From: SAR324 cluster bacterium JCVI-SC AAA005
GTDB lineage: Bacteria; SAR324; NAC60-12
Assembly (NCBI GenBank): GCA_000224765.2
Contig: AGAU01000068.1
Coordinates: 21,555 to 85,554 of the forward strand
Length of the DNA stretch: 64,000 nucleotides
Direction of reading: 5' to 3'
Every line of letters begins with the position of its first letter. Position 1 is the first letter of the stretch. Under the pieces are notes generated by a model. That model made no database searches. It saw only the letters and a program-made list of their open reading frames with translations, and was not told the DNA's origin. Positions 9,134 through 20,301 of the stretch are shown here, piece by piece. The position numbers were made by a program, and so were the translations under genes.

Positions 9134-10222
9134 GTGAGCATTATGTCTAAAACGGTTCAACGGTTGGAGACCAAAGAGTCGATTGACGAACGTACCCAAC
9201 AAGTCTTGCGCGGGATCATTGAAGGTTACATAACCAGTAATGAGCCAGTAGGGTCACGCTCCCTATCAAAGTCGTTGGAAATGGGCTTATCCCCAGCAAC
9301 GATTCGGAACATCATGTCTGACCTTTCAGACATGGGATTCCTGATGCAGTTGCACACTTCCGCAGGTCGGATTCCCACTGACAAAGCTTATCGGTTTTAT
9401 GTTGATCAGGTAGTTGTAGCAAATCAATTGACTCGCAAGCTGCAGAAAAGGATTCAAGAGGCAACCCAGGAAGGTGGGACGAATCAGGTCGAAGATCTTT
9501 TGATCAGTACGACCCGTTTGCTTGCAGGATTGACCCAATTTGTCTGCTTAACCAGTTCTCCAAGAGTTGAGACGAGCATTCTACGAAGAATTGAATTTAT
9601 TCGCCTAAGCTCACAACAGATTTTGGTTGTGCTAGTCACTCGCAACGGACAGGTGCGCAACAAAATCATCGCAGCAACAGAAGATTTATCACAGGATTTT
9701 CTCAACACGGTCTCCAGTTTTTTGAACGATCAGTTTCACAATCGGAATCTTCACGAGATCAGACAGCAGATCCTTGAAAGCATGGTCGAAGATAAAGAAC
9801 GCTATGATCGTTTGTTAGCCCAAGCCGTTCGACTAGGAAAAAAAGCCTTCGAAGTGGAAGATGCACCCGAATTATACATTGAAGGCCAGCACAACCTGAT
9901 TTTTAGTGAACGCTTTCGGAACCTGAACAGTTCACGGGGATTGATGGACGCCTTTGAGCACAAGTCAATGATCATGAATTTGCTCGATTCCACAGTGGAA
10001 GCTGATGGCATCCAAATATTTATTGGAATCGAAAATGAGTTGGAGAGCCTTCAAGACTGTACGATGGTTAAGGCTCAATATAGTGACCAAAGCAACGTCC
10101 TTGGTACCATTGGAGTGATCGGTCCCACCAATATGGATTACCAAACAGTGATCCCAGTAGTTGATTTTACAGCAAGAATTCTCTCACAAACCATCACTCA
10201 ACAATCGTCATCTTGTGATTGA
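9134..10222 (+). CDS. hrcA: Heat-inducible transcription repressor HrcA
   Basis: N-terminal wHTH with ...EPVGSRSLSK..., 362 aa, and operon context with grpE-dnaK-dnaJ. The start could be GTG 9134 or ATG 9143. Confidence 0.9.
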   Translation: MSIMSKTVQRLETKESIDERTQQVLRGIIEGYITSNEPVGSRSLSKSLEMGLSPATIRNIMSDLSDMGFLMQLHTSAGRIPTDKAYRFYVDQVVVANQLTRKLQKRIQEATQEGGTNQVEDLLISTTRLLAGLTQFVCLTSSPRVETSILRRIEFIRLSSQQILVVLVTRNGQVRNKIIAATEDLSQDFLNTVSSFLNDQFHNRNLHEIRQQILESMVEDKERYDRLLAQAVRLGKKAFEVEDAPELYIEGQHNLIFSERFRNLNSSRGLMDAFEHKSMIMNLLDSTVEADGIQIFIGIENELESLQDCTMVKAQYSDQSNVLGTIGVIGPTNMDYQTVIPVVDFTARILSQTITQQSSSCD

Positions 10223-10228
10223 AAATAA

Positions 10229-10834
10229 ATGAACAAAAAAAATACTGAACAACGGATCAACACCGAAGAAACGCCAGAAAATAGCGACACTTCTATTAGC
10301 GAAGAAGAAGCGGAACCGACTGCAACTAATGACTTAGTAGAGTCCGAGGAGTTGGAGACTGAGGAAGAAGAAGTTTCTACAACAGAGAACGAAGCTTTGC
10401 TGCAGGTTGCTACTCTGAAGGAGGAACTCCTTCGTCAGCATGCAGAAATGGATAACTTCCGCAAACGAATGTCTCGTGAGCAGGCTGATCGACTCAAATA
10501 TCATCACATGGAATTTATCCGAGAATTGTTACCGGCCATTGACAGTCTGGAAAGGGCACTCGCTCATTCGCAACAGCAAGTGGACGCCTCTAGTAGCATA
10601 TTAGAGGGTATTGAAATGGTGCATCGTATGATGCAGGAGAGTCTCAACAAATTCGGTGTGAGCCGTATAGAGCCTCAGGGTGATCCGTTTGATCCTAACT
10701 GCCATCAAGCAGTTGGCATGGTACATACCAACGAAGTCCCAGAAAATCATGTTCTGGATGTATTTCAAGTTGGTTACTACCTCCATGATCGAGTAGTTAG
10801 ACCAGCCATGGTAAGAGTAGCTGAAAAACCCTGA
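10229..10834 (+). CDS. grpE: Nucleotide exchange factor GrpE
   Basis: Acidic N-terminus, coiled coil, and C-terminal ...DPFDPNCHQAVGMV...V.QVGY. Sits between hrcA and dnaK. Confidence 0.9.
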   Translation: MNKKNTEQRINTEETPENSDTSISEEEAEPTATNDLVESEELETEEEEVSTTENEALLQVATLKEELLRQHAEMDNFRKRMSREQADRLKYHHMEFIRELLPAIDSLERALAHSQQQVDASSSILEGIEMVHRMMQESLNKFGVSRIEPQGDPFDPNCHQAVGMVHTNEVPENHVLDVFQVGYYLHDRVVRPAMVRVAEKP

Positions 10835-10873
10835 ATACTTGTAGAACCCCAAAAACTCAAAGGAGTCCGATCT

Positions 10874-12796
10874 ATGGGAAAGGTAATTGGAATTGACCTG
10901 GGAACTTCCAACTCTTGTATCGCCATAATGGAAGGCGGCGATCCCAAGGTAATCCAAAACTCAGAAGGCGTCCGTACAACCCCTTCAATGGTTGCCTTCA
11001 ATGATAGTGGTGAGCGCCTAGTAGGTCAGGTTGCAAAACGACAGGCGATTACGAATCCAAGGCGAACCGTGTTTAGCGCTAAGCGCTTGATGGGACAAAA
11101 GTTCAATACAGAAGCGGTCAGCCGATTGAAATCTGTGGCCCCTTTTGAAATTACAGGCGGTGCAAATGATCTGGCTTACATCGGCGTAGATGGTAAGAGC
11201 TATTCTCCCCCTGAAATTTCAGCTTTCGTTCTCCAAAAGATGAAGCAAACAGCCGAAGACTACCTTGGAGAGACGGTCACCGACGCAGTCATTACTGTGC
11301 CGGCATACTTTAATGATAGTCAACGGCAAGCAACAAAAGACGCAGGAAAGATCGCTGGCCTAAATGTGCTCAGGATCATCAATGAGCCAACTGCAGCTTC
11401 ACTTGCTTATGGCTTGGACAAAAAATCCGATGAGAAGATAGCTGTCTTCGATCTTGGTGGAGGAACGTTCGATGTTTCCATTCTCGAAATCGGTGATGGA
11501 GTCTTTGAAGTCAAATCAACCAACGGGGACACCTTCCTTGGTGGAGACGACTTTGACAACCGATTGATCAATTTCTTAGCTGATGAATTCAAAAAAGAAA
11601 ACAGCATTGATCTGCGCCAAGACAAAATGGCTCTCCAACGCCTAAAGGAAGCAGCCGAAAAAGCGAAACACGAGTTATCATCCAGCACAGAAACGGAAGT
11701 TAATCTTCCCTTCATCACTGCAGATCAAAATGGTCCAAAGCACTTGAATTTAAAAATTAGTCGAGCCCGCTTTGAACAAATGGTAGATGACCTTGTCCAA
11801 CGATGTCTCGGACCATGTAGAGACGCACTGAAAGACGCAGGCTGTAGCGCCAAGGACATTGATGAGGTAATCCTAGTTGGTGGAATGACGAGAATGCCTA
11901 AGATCCAACAGATCGTAAAGGAATTCTTCGGCAAAGAACCCCACAAGGGTGTCAATCCAGATGAAGTCGTCGCAATCGGTGCGGCTATTCAAGGTGGGGT
12001 GCTAAAGGGAGATGTGAAAGATGTTCTGTTACTGGATGTCACACCGCTCTCGCTTGGCATTGAGACTCTCGGTGGAGTAATGACCAAATTGATCGAGCGC
12101 AATACAACGATCCCTACCCGGAAGAGCCAAGTCTTCTCAACAGCAGCAGACAATCAACCTGCGGTAAGTATTCACGTACTACAAGGAGAACGTGAAATGT
12201 CAGGTGATAACAAGACTCTGGGACGTTTCGAATTGGTTGGTATCCCCGCAGCTCCAAGAGGAATGCCTCAAATTGAGGTGACTTTTGATATTGACGCCAA
12301 CGGCATCGTTAATGTCAGTGCTAAGGATCTTGGTACCGGTAAGGAGCAAGCAATCAAGATCACCTCCTCCAGTGGCCTCTCTGACTCAGAAGTAGAACGT
12401 ATGGTTCAAGAAGCAGAACAATATGCTGATGACGATAAAAATCGTCGTGAATCGGCGGAACTGCGTAATCAAGCGGAGACCTTACTGTACAGTACCGAAA
12501 AGACAACGGGAGAACTTGGTGACAAACTCCCAGAAGCAGACAAAGAAAAAATCACTGCTGTCAGCGAACAACTCCGCAAGAGCTTGGAAGGAGATGATCC
12601 TGAGGCTATTCGCAGTGACATTGAGGCTCTTACCCAAGCTTCCCATAAACTTGCTGAGTTGCTTTACAGTCAATCCGCAGCAACCTCCCCTAGCTCAGAT
12701 CAACCAAGCGATGATCAAAATCAAGATGGTGGTTCAGGAAACAAGCAAGATGACGATAACATCGTTGATGCAGAATACGAGGAAGTTAAAAAGTAA
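10874..12796 (+). CDS. dnaK: Molecular chaperone DnaK (Hsp70)
   Basis: [30 protein letters not shown]. 640 aa. Confidence 0.97.
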   Translation: MGKVIGIDLGTSNSCIAIMEGGDPKVIQNSEGVRTTPSMVAFNDSGERLVGQVAKRQAITNPRRTVFSAKRLMGQKFNTEAVSRLKSVAPFEITGGANDLAYIGVDGKSYSPPEISAFVLQKMKQTAEDYLGETVTDAVITVPAYFNDSQRQATKDAGKIAGLNVLRIINEPTAASLAYGLDKKSDEKIAVFDLGGGTFDVSILEIGDGVFEVKSTNGDTFLGGDDFDNRLINFLADEFKKENSIDLRQDKMALQRLKEAAEKAKHELSSSTETEVNLPFITADQNGPKHLNLKISRARFEQMVDDLVQRCLGPCRDALKDAGCSAKDIDEVILVGGMTRMPKIQQIVKEFFGKEPHKGVNPDEVVAIGAAIQGGVLKGDVKDVLLLDVTPLSLGIETLGGVMTKLIERNTTIPTRKSQVFSTAADNQPAVSIHVLQGEREMSGDNKTLGRFELVGIPAAPRGMPQIEVTFDIDANGIVNVSAKDLGTGKEQAIKITSSSGLSDSEVERMVQEAEQYADDDKNRRESAELRNQAETLLYSTEKTTGELGDKLPEADKEKITAVSEQLRKSLEGDDPEAIRSDIEALTQASHKLAELLYSQSAATSPSSDQPSDDQNQDGGSGNKQDDDNIVDAEYEEVKK

Positions 12797-12826
12797 TCTT
12801 TTCGCATCCTCAAGAAGGAGGCCCCG

Positions 12827-13933
12827 TTGGCCAAACGTGATTATTATGAAGTACTGGGAGTCTCCCAAAATGTTAGTCCGGAAGACCTGAAGAAGGCCTA
12901 CCGGAAAGTGGCCATGAAGCATCACCCAGATCGCAATCCGGGTGATGCCGACGCTGAACTGAAATTCAAAGAAGCTACCGAAGCTTATGAGGTTCTCAGT
13001 GATTCTCAGAAGCGCTCACGATATGACCAATTTGGCCATGCTGCTGAAGGTATGGGGGATGGCTTTGGTAGTGGCCATAGCGGTGGCGGTTTCAGTGATA
13101 TATTTGGAGATCTCTTTGGAGATCTTTTTGGAAGTACCGGAGGTCAACGTAGCCGAGGTGAGCGCGGTTCAGATCTCCAGTACAACATGGAGATTTCTTT
13201 TGAGGAAGCAGCTTTCGGGCATTCGACGGAAGTTGATATTCCAAGAATGGAAACCTGCAACACTTGTGGAGGATTAGGGGCGAAATCGGAATCCGACATA
13301 GAAATTTGTCGGGTCTGTAGTGGCACCGGCCAGCAGCGAATCCAACAGGGCTTCTTTAGCGTAGCAACAACCTGCCGCTCCTGTGGAGGCCAAGGAAAGA
13401 CCGTTCGACATCCTTGTGGAACCTGTCGTGGTAAAAAGCGGGTACCTAAAACAAGGACCATTCGAATCAACATTCCCGCGGGTGTAGATAACAATTCCAG
13501 AATCAAACTCTCCGGCGAGGGGGAACACGGGGTTGACGGGGGACCTCCAGGGGACCTCTACGTTGTGATTCGTGTGAAAAAACACCCGATCTTTGAACGT
13601 GAAGGATCTGACATTTATTGTGAGGTTCCAATCAGCTTCCCACAAGTGGCCCTAGGCACTGAAATAGAGGTTCCTACTTTGGAAGGCAAAGCCCGCTTAA
13701 AAATTCCAGCTGGCACCCAGTCCCACAAAATATTCCGTCTGAGAAATCAAGGAATTGTGAACTTGCGTGGTGGAAACAGAGGTGATTTGCATGTGCGAGT
13801 TGTCGTGGAAACTCCAACCAACCTCTCCTTTCGACAAAGAGAACTACTTGAAGAGATGGAGCACATCAGTGATCAAGACAGTCACCCACTGAGAGATAAA
13901 TTCATGAATACAATCAAAGGTTTTTTCTCCTAA
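12827..13933 (+). CDS. dnaJ: Co-chaperone DnaJ
   Basis: [15 protein letters not shown] motif, G/F region and four CxxCxG repeats. TTG start with GAAGGAGG upstream. Confidence 0.95.
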   Translation: MAKRDYYEVLGVSQNVSPEDLKKAYRKVAMKHHPDRNPGDADAELKFKEATEAYEVLSDSQKRSRYDQFGHAAEGMGDGFGSGHSGGGFSDIFGDLFGDLFGSTGGQRSRGERGSDLQYNMEISFEEAAFGHSTEVDIPRMETCNTCGGLGAKSESDIEICRVCSGTGQQRIQQGFFSVATTCRSCGGQGKTVRHPCGTCRGKKRVPKTRTIRINIPAGVDNNSRIKLSGEGEHGVDGGPPGDLYVVIRVKKHPIFEREGSDIYCEVPISFPQVALGTEIEVPTLEGKARLKIPAGTQSHKIFRLRNQGIVNLRGGNRGDLHVRVVVETPTNLSFRQRELLEEMEHISDQDSHPLRDKFMNTIKGFFS

Positions 13934-13939
13934 AAAATC

Positions 13940-14422
13940 ATGAATTTTTCTACTGCAGATTTATTCGATGATTTTGACGATCAACTTCAAAGTTGTGAGC
14001 TCTCATTCCAAAACTTTGGTGGCGTCAAAAGTTTTTTTGGCCAGATCTCCACAATCAGGTGCCACGAAGACAACAGTCTGATCTGCCAGACTCTATCGGA
14101 AAGCGGTCAAGGGAAGGTTCTAGTGATTGATGGCGCTGGCTCCCTCCGTAGAGCCCTTGTTGGAGATATGATCGCAGAGCTTGCCCGTAGCAAAGACTGG
14201 TCTGGAATAGTTGTGCACAGTGCGATTCGTGACAGCGTTGCAATTGGCAATCTGCAAATTGGCTTCAAGGCTCTTGGTACAAATCCTCGAGAAAGTACTA
14301 AAACTGGATCTGGCTTCCGAAACATACCTCTCCAAGTTGGGAACATCTGCTTCACACCAAACCATTGGATTTATTGCGATACTGATGGAATAGAAGTATC
14401 TCCGACAAATTTACTCGCCTGA
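13940..14422 (+). CDS. rraA: RraA-family protein (RNase E regulator / 4-hydroxy-4-methyl-2-oxoglutarate aldolase fold)
   Basis: TADLFDDF...FGG...IRCHEDNSL...GKVLVIDG..SLRRALVGDMIAELA. 160 aa. Starts 6 bp after the dnaJ stop. Confidence 0.8.
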   Translation: MNFSTADLFDDFDDQLQSCELSFQNFGGVKSFFGQISTIRCHEDNSLICQTLSESGQGKVLVIDGAGSLRRALVGDMIAELARSKDWSGIVVHSAIRDSVAIGNLQIGFKALGTNPRESTKTGSGFRNIPLQVGNICFTPNHWIYCDTDGIEVSPTNLLA

Positions 14423-14576
14423 CATACCCCCCTGTACCCACATCCATCCTGATCTAACGATCTTCCAACACTTGAATCCTCCCTGAATAAGGGATAAGTT
14501 CGACGAATCCATTTATGTGGAAACAAGTTTGGTCCAATAGACAGTTCACAGAATAGTATTACGCTAACCCAAAGAC

Positions 14577-15569
14577 ATGCCCCAACCTAAGTTAATTTCT
14601 CTAGCGACCGCGGTTGATCGCTTCACACAAAACGGTGTTCAATATGCCAGCGGTGCGGCACTCCCAATCGGCTCTGATACGATTGTTTTCGGGCGGGAAC
14701 TTTTGCGGCAGGGTCGGAATCAACTCCATGCGATTTTTCACTGTAATTCCCAGCAACTCAATCTCTTGGCTGGAGCTGGGGCTGTGGATAAAGCAGAGTG
14801 TGGTTTTTCTGGTCTTGAAGTTTTCGGATTTGCCAACGGCCTGCGCAGAGCGGTAGAAACTGGAGTGACCCAACTGGAAGATTATTCCAATCTAGCCATG
14901 GCAATCCGGCTTCTGGGTGGTGCGATGAACTGGCCCTTCGTACCAGCTACAGTAAATATCGGCTCTGACATCCAGTATCGCAGCGCATTTTCACCAGAAG
15001 AATATCCGTCAACTAGCAAGATCCCCATGATCACAGATCCTTTCAGCGGTCGACAACTCGGTGCCTTTCAAAGTTTACAACCAGAAGTTGCTGCAATACA
15101 TGTCTCCATGGCCGACCCTCTCGGTAACGCAATCATGTTGGGAACGGAGTGGAGCCGTTTTGAACTCTCCCGTGCCGCCAAAAAAGTGATCTTGGTGGCA
15201 GATGAAATTGTCCACACAGACTGTATAAGACAATTTCCAAACCTAGTACGAATTCCAGATATCGTCGTTGATGCCATTGTCTACTGGCCTTTTGCTGCCT
15301 GGCCACAAAGTTCACCAGGACTTTATGATGTGGATGAAGATCACATGCGTTCGATGAACAAAGCACTAGCTACGGAAGAAACTACCCAACAATATTTGAA
15401 AGACTACGTATTTAGTTACCAGAGTCACCGAGACTATCTGGACATGATTGGCAGTGAGAAGAGAGAAAAAATCACCCAAACCGAAACCAGTTTTCTGATG
15501 GATCCTTACCGCAAGTGGATTCTTTCAGCAGATGAAATTGCAAAATTAGTTTTGGAGGGTGATAGATGA
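14577..15569 (+). CDS. CoA-transferase subunit A (glutaconate/3-oxoacid CoA-transferase family)
   Basis: The length and N-terminal pattern are typical of subunit A. Its stop overlaps the start of the subunit B gene. Confidence 0.65.
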   Translation: MPQPKLISLATAVDRFTQNGVQYASGAALPIGSDTIVFGRELLRQGRNQLHAIFHCNSQQLNLLAGAGAVDKAECGFSGLEVFGFANGLRRAVETGVTQLEDYSNLAMAIRLLGGAMNWPFVPATVNIGSDIQYRSAFSPEEYPSTSKIPMITDPFSGRQLGAFQSLQPEVAAIHVSMADPLGNAIMLGTEWSRFELSRAAKKVILVADEIVHTDCIRQFPNLVRIPDIVVDAIVYWPFAAWPQSSPGLYDVDEDHMRSMNKALATEETTQQYLKDYVFSYQSHRDYLDMIGSEKREKITQTETSFLMDPYRKWILSADEIAKLVLEGDR

Positions 15570-16363
15570 ACAGTCACAAGCTTGAATACACTCGCCAGGA
15601 AATGATGGCTATTGCCACTGGCCGGGAATTACGTGACGGCGAGCTGGCAATCTTTGGTGTAGGACTCTCAATGCTGGCTGGTTATTTTGCTCAAGCGCAC
15701 CATGCACCAAATATTCGTGCAATGACGGAGGGTGGAGTTTACGGGGCAACTCCAGTCGGAGGGCTCCCTTGGGGGATTGAATGCAACCGTATCTCCGCGA
15801 ATGCTACAAGCTTCACGAATGGAGTGGATGCGCTAGGATTTCTGGTCGCTTCGGGACGCTGTGATGTCGGTATTATTGGAGCCGCACAGGTCGATAAGTT
15901 TGGAAACGTCAATACAACGGGAATTTGGGATGGGGAGATTGGAGATCACTATCGAGCGCCCAAAACCAGGCTCACTGGCGCTGGAGGAGCAAACGATATT
16001 GCATGTGGAGCGGGTAGAGTTTTGATCATGGTAGCCCATGAGCCAAAAAGATTTGCAGAAAAGGTAACCTACATTAGTTCACCTGGATACTTAGATGGCG
16101 GGAATACTCGAGAGCGTTACGGTTTTATAGGAGGTGGCCCGTCTGCTATCATCACTACTTTGGGTATCCTCAGACCTGACCCCAATACAAAAGAATTTCA
16201 ACTAGATGCCTACTACCCTTTCTCAAACATCGAGGAAATCAAGTCCAATACTAATTGGGAACTGAAGGTCTCTCCAATGGTCCATGTGGTCCCAGAACCA
16301 ACTGTAGATGAATTAAAGGCATTGCGGAAAGTTGATGAAACTGGAGCGTTGCGCAAACAGTGA
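15566..16363 (+). CDS. CoA-transferase subunit B
   Basis: YTRQEMMAIATGREL.DGE..FVG.G and a conserved Glu-containing core. ATGA coupling to subunit A. Confidence 0.65.
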   Translation: MNSHKLEYTRQEMMAIATGRELRDGELAIFGVGLSMLAGYFAQAHHAPNIRAMTEGGVYGATPVGGLPWGIECNRISANATSFTNGVDALGFLVASGRCDVGIIGAAQVDKFGNVNTTGIWDGEIGDHYRAPKTRLTGAGGANDIACGAGRVLIMVAHEPKRFAEKVTYISSPGYLDGGNTRERYGFIGGGPSAIITTLGILRPDPNTKEFQLDAYYPFSNIEEIKSNTNWELKVSPMVHVVPEPTVDELKALRKVDETGALRKQ

Positions 16364-16406
16364 GACAAGTGATCAATTTCTAAATTTAACTCAATCTGAG
16401 AAGAAA

Positions 16407-17192
16407 ATGACTGAAGAAGCTTTGGTACTTCGTGACGACGTTGAAGGCGTGACCACACTGACTATGAATCGACCACAAGCTCGGAATGCTCTCTCCCAAG
16501 GAATGCTGAGAGCGTTGCTCGATGCCTTTATTGAGGTTTCTAAAGATGAATTAGTCAGAGTCGCTATTCTGGCAGGAGCTGGCCCTGGCTATTGTGCGGG
16601 ACACGATCTCAAAGAGATCAAGGCTCAAAATTATTCACGAAATTACACAGAACAACTTTTTGCAGATTGTGCAGAGTTGATGCATACGATCATTTGTCTC
16701 CCTAAACCTGTCATTGCTCAGGTGCATGGAATAGCGACCGCTGCAGGAGCCCAACTCGTGGCAAGTTGTGATTTGGCGATTTCCTCACAAGAGGCACGCT
16801 ATGCAACACCTGGTGTTAATATCGGTTTATTTTGTTCCACTCCAATGGTCGCTCTTTCCCGCAATTTATCAAACAAGCACGCTATGCAGATGTTACTAAC
16901 CGGCGACCTGATTGATGCTCAAAATGCCTATAGAATGGGACTGGTCAACGAAGTTGTCGATGCCAAACAGCTAGCTACAAAGACGATGGAACTGGCAAGA
17001 AAGATTGCTTCAAAATCGCCATTGACTGTTGCTATCGGCAAGGAAGCCTATTACCGGCAGGCTGAACTGCCACTGAGCGAAGCGTATGATTACACGAAGG
17101 ATGTAATGGTTCGAAATCTAGAGGCTCGAGATGCTCAAGAAGGAATCTCTGCTTTCATTGAAAAACGTCATCCTGTCTGGTGTGGGAAATAA
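16407..17192 (+). CDS. Enoyl-CoA hydratase/isomerase (crotonase) family
   Basis: LTMNRPQARNAL, GAGPGYCAGHDLKE. ATG 16407 was chosen because the longer ORF from 16332 overlaps the upstream gene. Confidence 0.85.
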   Translation: MTEEALVLRDDVEGVTTLTMNRPQARNALSQGMLRALLDAFIEVSKDELVRVAILAGAGPGYCAGHDLKEIKAQNYSRNYTEQLFADCAELMHTIICLPKPVIAQVHGIATAAGAQLVASCDLAISSQEARYATPGVNIGLFCSTPMVALSRNLSNKHAMQMLLTGDLIDAQNAYRMGLVNEVVDAKQLATKTMELARKIASKSPLTVAIGKEAYYRQAELPLSEAYDYTKDVMVRNLEARDAQEGISAFIEKRHPVWCGK

Positions 17193-17227
17193 TCCCATCC
17201 ACGGTCAGATATGTCTATCGGCAGTTT

Positions 17228-17554
17228 TTAGAATCTCCCAATCAGCAATCTGGAGATAAAAAAAGCCGCCATGCCGACCACGATGGTTAGCAACAGGTTA
17301 TTTTTCCACCAACCAGCCAGAAAGGCTGCAAAAGCTCCCAAAAGATGGGGATTTTGCCAACTAAATTGGACAGAATCGCCCTGGGGGATCAAAACAGCGG
17401 GTGCAACAATCGCCATCAAGACAGCCACTGGAACAAACCGCAGCGCACGCTCAAGGGGCTCTGGAATTTGTAAGGAGCCCGCCAGTCCAAACGGTAAATA
17501 ACGGACCAGAAAAGTCACCAAGAACATCCCACCAACTAACAAAAACTCATTCAT
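17228..17554 (-). CDS. azlD: Branched-chain amino acid exporter small subunit AzlD
   Basis: 108-aa 4-TM protein whose start overlaps the azlC stop. Confidence 0.7.
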   Translation of the reverse strand: MNEFLLVGGMFLVTFLVRYLPFGLAGSLQIPEPLERALRFVPVAVLMAIVAPAVLIPQGDSVQFSWQNPHLLGAFAAFLAGWWKNNLLLTIVVGMAAFFISRLLIGRF

Positions 17555-18279
17555 TGGGCTTCACCTACCTCAGTCATTCGATTACTAGCCAATCTTTTTT
17601 CCAGAAAAAAACCAGTAGCTACTCCAGCTAACCCAGCAATCATCAGTCCGAGTTTGTTTGGCAAACCGTGCAAAGCCAAACCTAAGCCTGAAGCAACGAT
17701 AGCCGCGGCGATCATTGGACGATTCTTCAGATAAGGCACAACGATGCCGATGAAGGTTGCAGACATGGCAAAGTCCAAGCCCCATTCCTCCAAACCCGGC
17801 AACACCCTCCCAAAGAAAATTCCTATCATCGTACATAGTTGCCAATTGAAATACATGATGAGTGCGGAGCCTAGGTAGTACCAATGCTTGTGGATGATTG
17901 GGGAAGGTTCCGCATAGTGTCGGACCGCAACTGCAAAGGTCTCATCGGTGAGCCAGAAAGCCAGCGGGATGCGCCAACGTTGAGGCAAGTGACGAACCTG
18001 CTGGAGAAGTGTAGTTGAATAGAGGAAGTGTCGTAAATTCACCACGAAGGTTGTCAACACAATGACTGGCCAAGCGGCTCCAGTGGAGACCATTCCCAGA
18101 GCTATGAATTGAGCCGATCCAGCGAAGACAACAGCTGAGAAAGCTAGAGCACCCCAGAGAGAAAGTCCTCCACTCTCAGAGAGAGTTCCAAAGATAATTC
18201 CAAACGGAATTGCTCCCACGATCAATGGGAAGGTATCCCGAACTCCCCTCCAAAACTCAGTTTGTGGTGTCGAATTCAT
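17551..18279 (-). CDS. azlC: AzlC-family branched-chain amino acid permease
   Basis: 242-aa polytopic protein with an N-terminal [15 protein letters not shown] pattern, paired with azlD. Confidence 0.75.
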   Translation of the reverse strand: MNSTPQTEFWRGVRDTFPLIVGAIPFGIIFGTLSESGGLSLWGALAFSAVVFAGSAQFIALGMVSTGAAWPVIVLTTFVVNLRHFLYSTTLLQQVRHLPQRWRIPLAFWLTDETFAVAVRHYAEPSPIIHKHWYYLGSALIMYFNWQLCTMIGIFFGRVLPGLEEWGLDFAMSATFIGIVVPYLKNRPMIAAAIVASGLGLALHGLPNKLGLMIAGLAGVATGFFLEKRLASNRMTEVGEAQ

Positions 18280-18336
18280 GGGATCACATCAACCTAAGGC
18301 AGTCGATCAAGGAAGAACTGACTGGCATCGATTCTT

Positions 18337-20139
18337 TCAATGAAGAATGGGAGCAGCAGTAACTTCACCAGACTGAACCTGCCACAGCTCAGCGTAAGTT
18401 CCCTTAAGCTCCAACAAGTCATCATGGTGTCCTTCCTCTACCACCTGCCCATCTCTCAGCACCAAAATTCTATCAGTATGTCGGATCGTGGAAAGTCGGT
18501 GAGCAATAATCAACGCAGTTTTCCCTTTTGTGATTCTGGAAAGACTTTGTTGGATCGCTCTCTCTGTTTCAGTGTCAACAGAACTGGTTGCCTCATCAAA
18601 AACCATGATTGGAGCATCTTTAAGGATCGCCCTTGCAATACTGAGACGCTGCCGCTGTCCCCCCGAGAGCCGAATACCTCGCTCACCCACAACCGTTTGA
18701 TAACCATCTGGCAAGGTCATGACGAAATCATGTAGCTGAGCTGATTCTGCCACAGCCTGGATTTGGGCTAGGTCTCTATTCGGGGAACCGTAGGCTATAT
18801 TCTCCGCAATTGTACCATGAAACAGGTAAACATCCTGACTGACCAGAGCAATATGACTTCTAATGTCCTGCAGGGTTAGATCCCGTAGATCCAGCCCATC
18901 AAGGCAAATTGCTCCACCAGATGGATCATACAAACGCAGGAGCAACTTGATCAGTGTTGACTTTCCAGCACCTGTTGCTCCAGCAATACCGATCGTTTCT
19001 CCAGACCGCACCTTGAAATCCAGGCCTCGCAAGACCGGCTCACCCCGACGATATGTAAAATGGACTTGACTAAAGTGTATCTCCCCTTGCATCGGTTTAG
19101 GAAGAACTTGAGGTTCTGCGGGATCTTGAATCTTGCTGGGAGTCTGCAAAAGGCCAAACGTTCTACGAGCACTGGCCTTAGCACGCTCATACTCATCAAG
19201 GGTGATCCCCATCCGAGTCAGAGGCCACAACATCCGCTGGATTAGCATTGAAAACAGCACCAACTCACCAACTGTTAGTACTCCTTTGTCTTCCAGAACC
19301 CAGTAACTTCCAAGCAGAAGAACCCCCCCAAAACCAATTGCCACTGCCATTCGAATGAGAGGGACATAGACGGAACTGAAGCGAATTGCGGCATGATTGG
19401 CTTTCTTATATTCCAGTGATGCTTCAGAAACTCGTTGAGATTCAAATGCTTCTGCTGTGAAGCTCTTGATGACCAGGACACCTGCAATGTTGTTTTCCAG
19501 ACGACTGCTCAACCCGCCAACTGCTTCTCGAACTCGCTTATAGCGTGGTGATATGAGGTTTTGATAAAACCAGCTTCCCCAGAGAATCAAGGGCATAGGA
19601 ATCAAGCCAATCAGCGCCAATTGCCAGGAAACATCTACCAGAACAAAAATGGAAAATAAAAACAATACCAGCAACTGAAGCAGTTCGTTGAAACCCGTGT
19701 TCAAAAACCTTTCAATCTGATTGACGTCATCATTGAGCATCGCCATGGTCTCTCCTATGCGGTGATTCTCAAAGAATTCAATCTCACGCATCTGAATGTG
19801 GTTATAGGCATCTGTCCGTAGATTGTGTTGGACTCGTTGAGCAAGGTTCATGAAGCCGTACTGATAGGCCCATTCAAAGAGGCTCTCAAAGCCAAAGATG
19901 ACAACTCCAAGAACCGCAAGAAAAACTGCAAGCGGCCATGGATCTGTGGTGCCCACAACATTAGCGATCCATTCAGGGGGTTCTCGGCGGACAGAATCTA
20001 TCACCCAGCCCACAAGAACTGGGGGCATCAAGTCGAGAACTTTGTTCAGAATGCTGTTAAAACATGCCCACGAAAACCAGCCCCGATGAGGTAGAATATA
20101 GTACAGCAGGCTGATCATTGGATGTGGAGTGGAGTTCAT
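18337..20139 (-). CDS. ABC exporter, fused permease and ATPase (MsbA/MDR type)
   Basis: Six N-terminal TM segments. Walker A GATGAGKST, signature LSGGQRQR, Walker B MVFDEATS. Confidence 0.9.
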   Translation of the reverse strand: MNSTPHPMISLLYYILPHRGWFSWACFNSILNKVLDLMPPVLVGWVIDSVRREPPEWIANVVGTTDPWPLAVFLAVLGVVIFGFESLFEWAYQYGFMNLAQRVQHNLRTDAYNHIQMREIEFFENHRIGETMAMLNDDVNQIERFLNTGFNELLQLLVLFLFSIFVLVDVSWQLALIGLIPMPLILWGSWFYQNLISPRYKRVREAVGGLSSRLENNIAGVLVIKSFTAEAFESQRVSEASLEYKKANHAAIRFSSVYVPLIRMAVAIGFGGVLLLGSYWVLEDKGVLTVGELVLFSMLIQRMLWPLTRMGITLDEYERAKASARRTFGLLQTPSKIQDPAEPQVLPKPMQGEIHFSQVHFTYRRGEPVLRGLDFKVRSGETIGIAGATGAGKSTLIKLLLRLYDPSGGAICLDGLDLRDLTLQDIRSHIALVSQDVYLFHGTIAENIAYGSPNRDLAQIQAVAESAQLHDFVMTLPDGYQTVVGERGIRLSGGQRQRLSIARAILKDAPIMVFDEATSSVDTETERAIQQSLSRITKGKTALIIAHRLSTIRHTDRILVLRDGQVVEEGHHDDLLELKGTYAELWQVQSGEVTAAPILH

Positions 20140-20301
20140 CTAGTAACTTTCCTTGAATACCTCGAAGTGTTGAATTGGGCCAAGAAGGCTTCCAACTCAA
20201 TGTATGCAAATCCATTCAGAACAATTCTTGAATTACCTTCTACCCAAGTTAACCTGCCTTAAATTCAATAATTTTGCACTTTCTCAAAAACGCGAGTTCA
20301 C

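Noticed and set aside
12423-12890. 155-aa ORF in an alternative frame spanning the dnaK 3' end and the dnaJ 5' end
   Set aside because: It lies entirely inside two strongly supported chaperone genes. Its composition is low-complexity and basic, typical of an off-frame artefact.
18265-20139. AzlC and the ABC exporter both begin MNSTP; possible duplication or shared leader
   Set aside because: The codons differ (ATGAATTCGACACCA compared with ATGAACTCCACTCCA) and similarity ends after five residues. This is coincidence.
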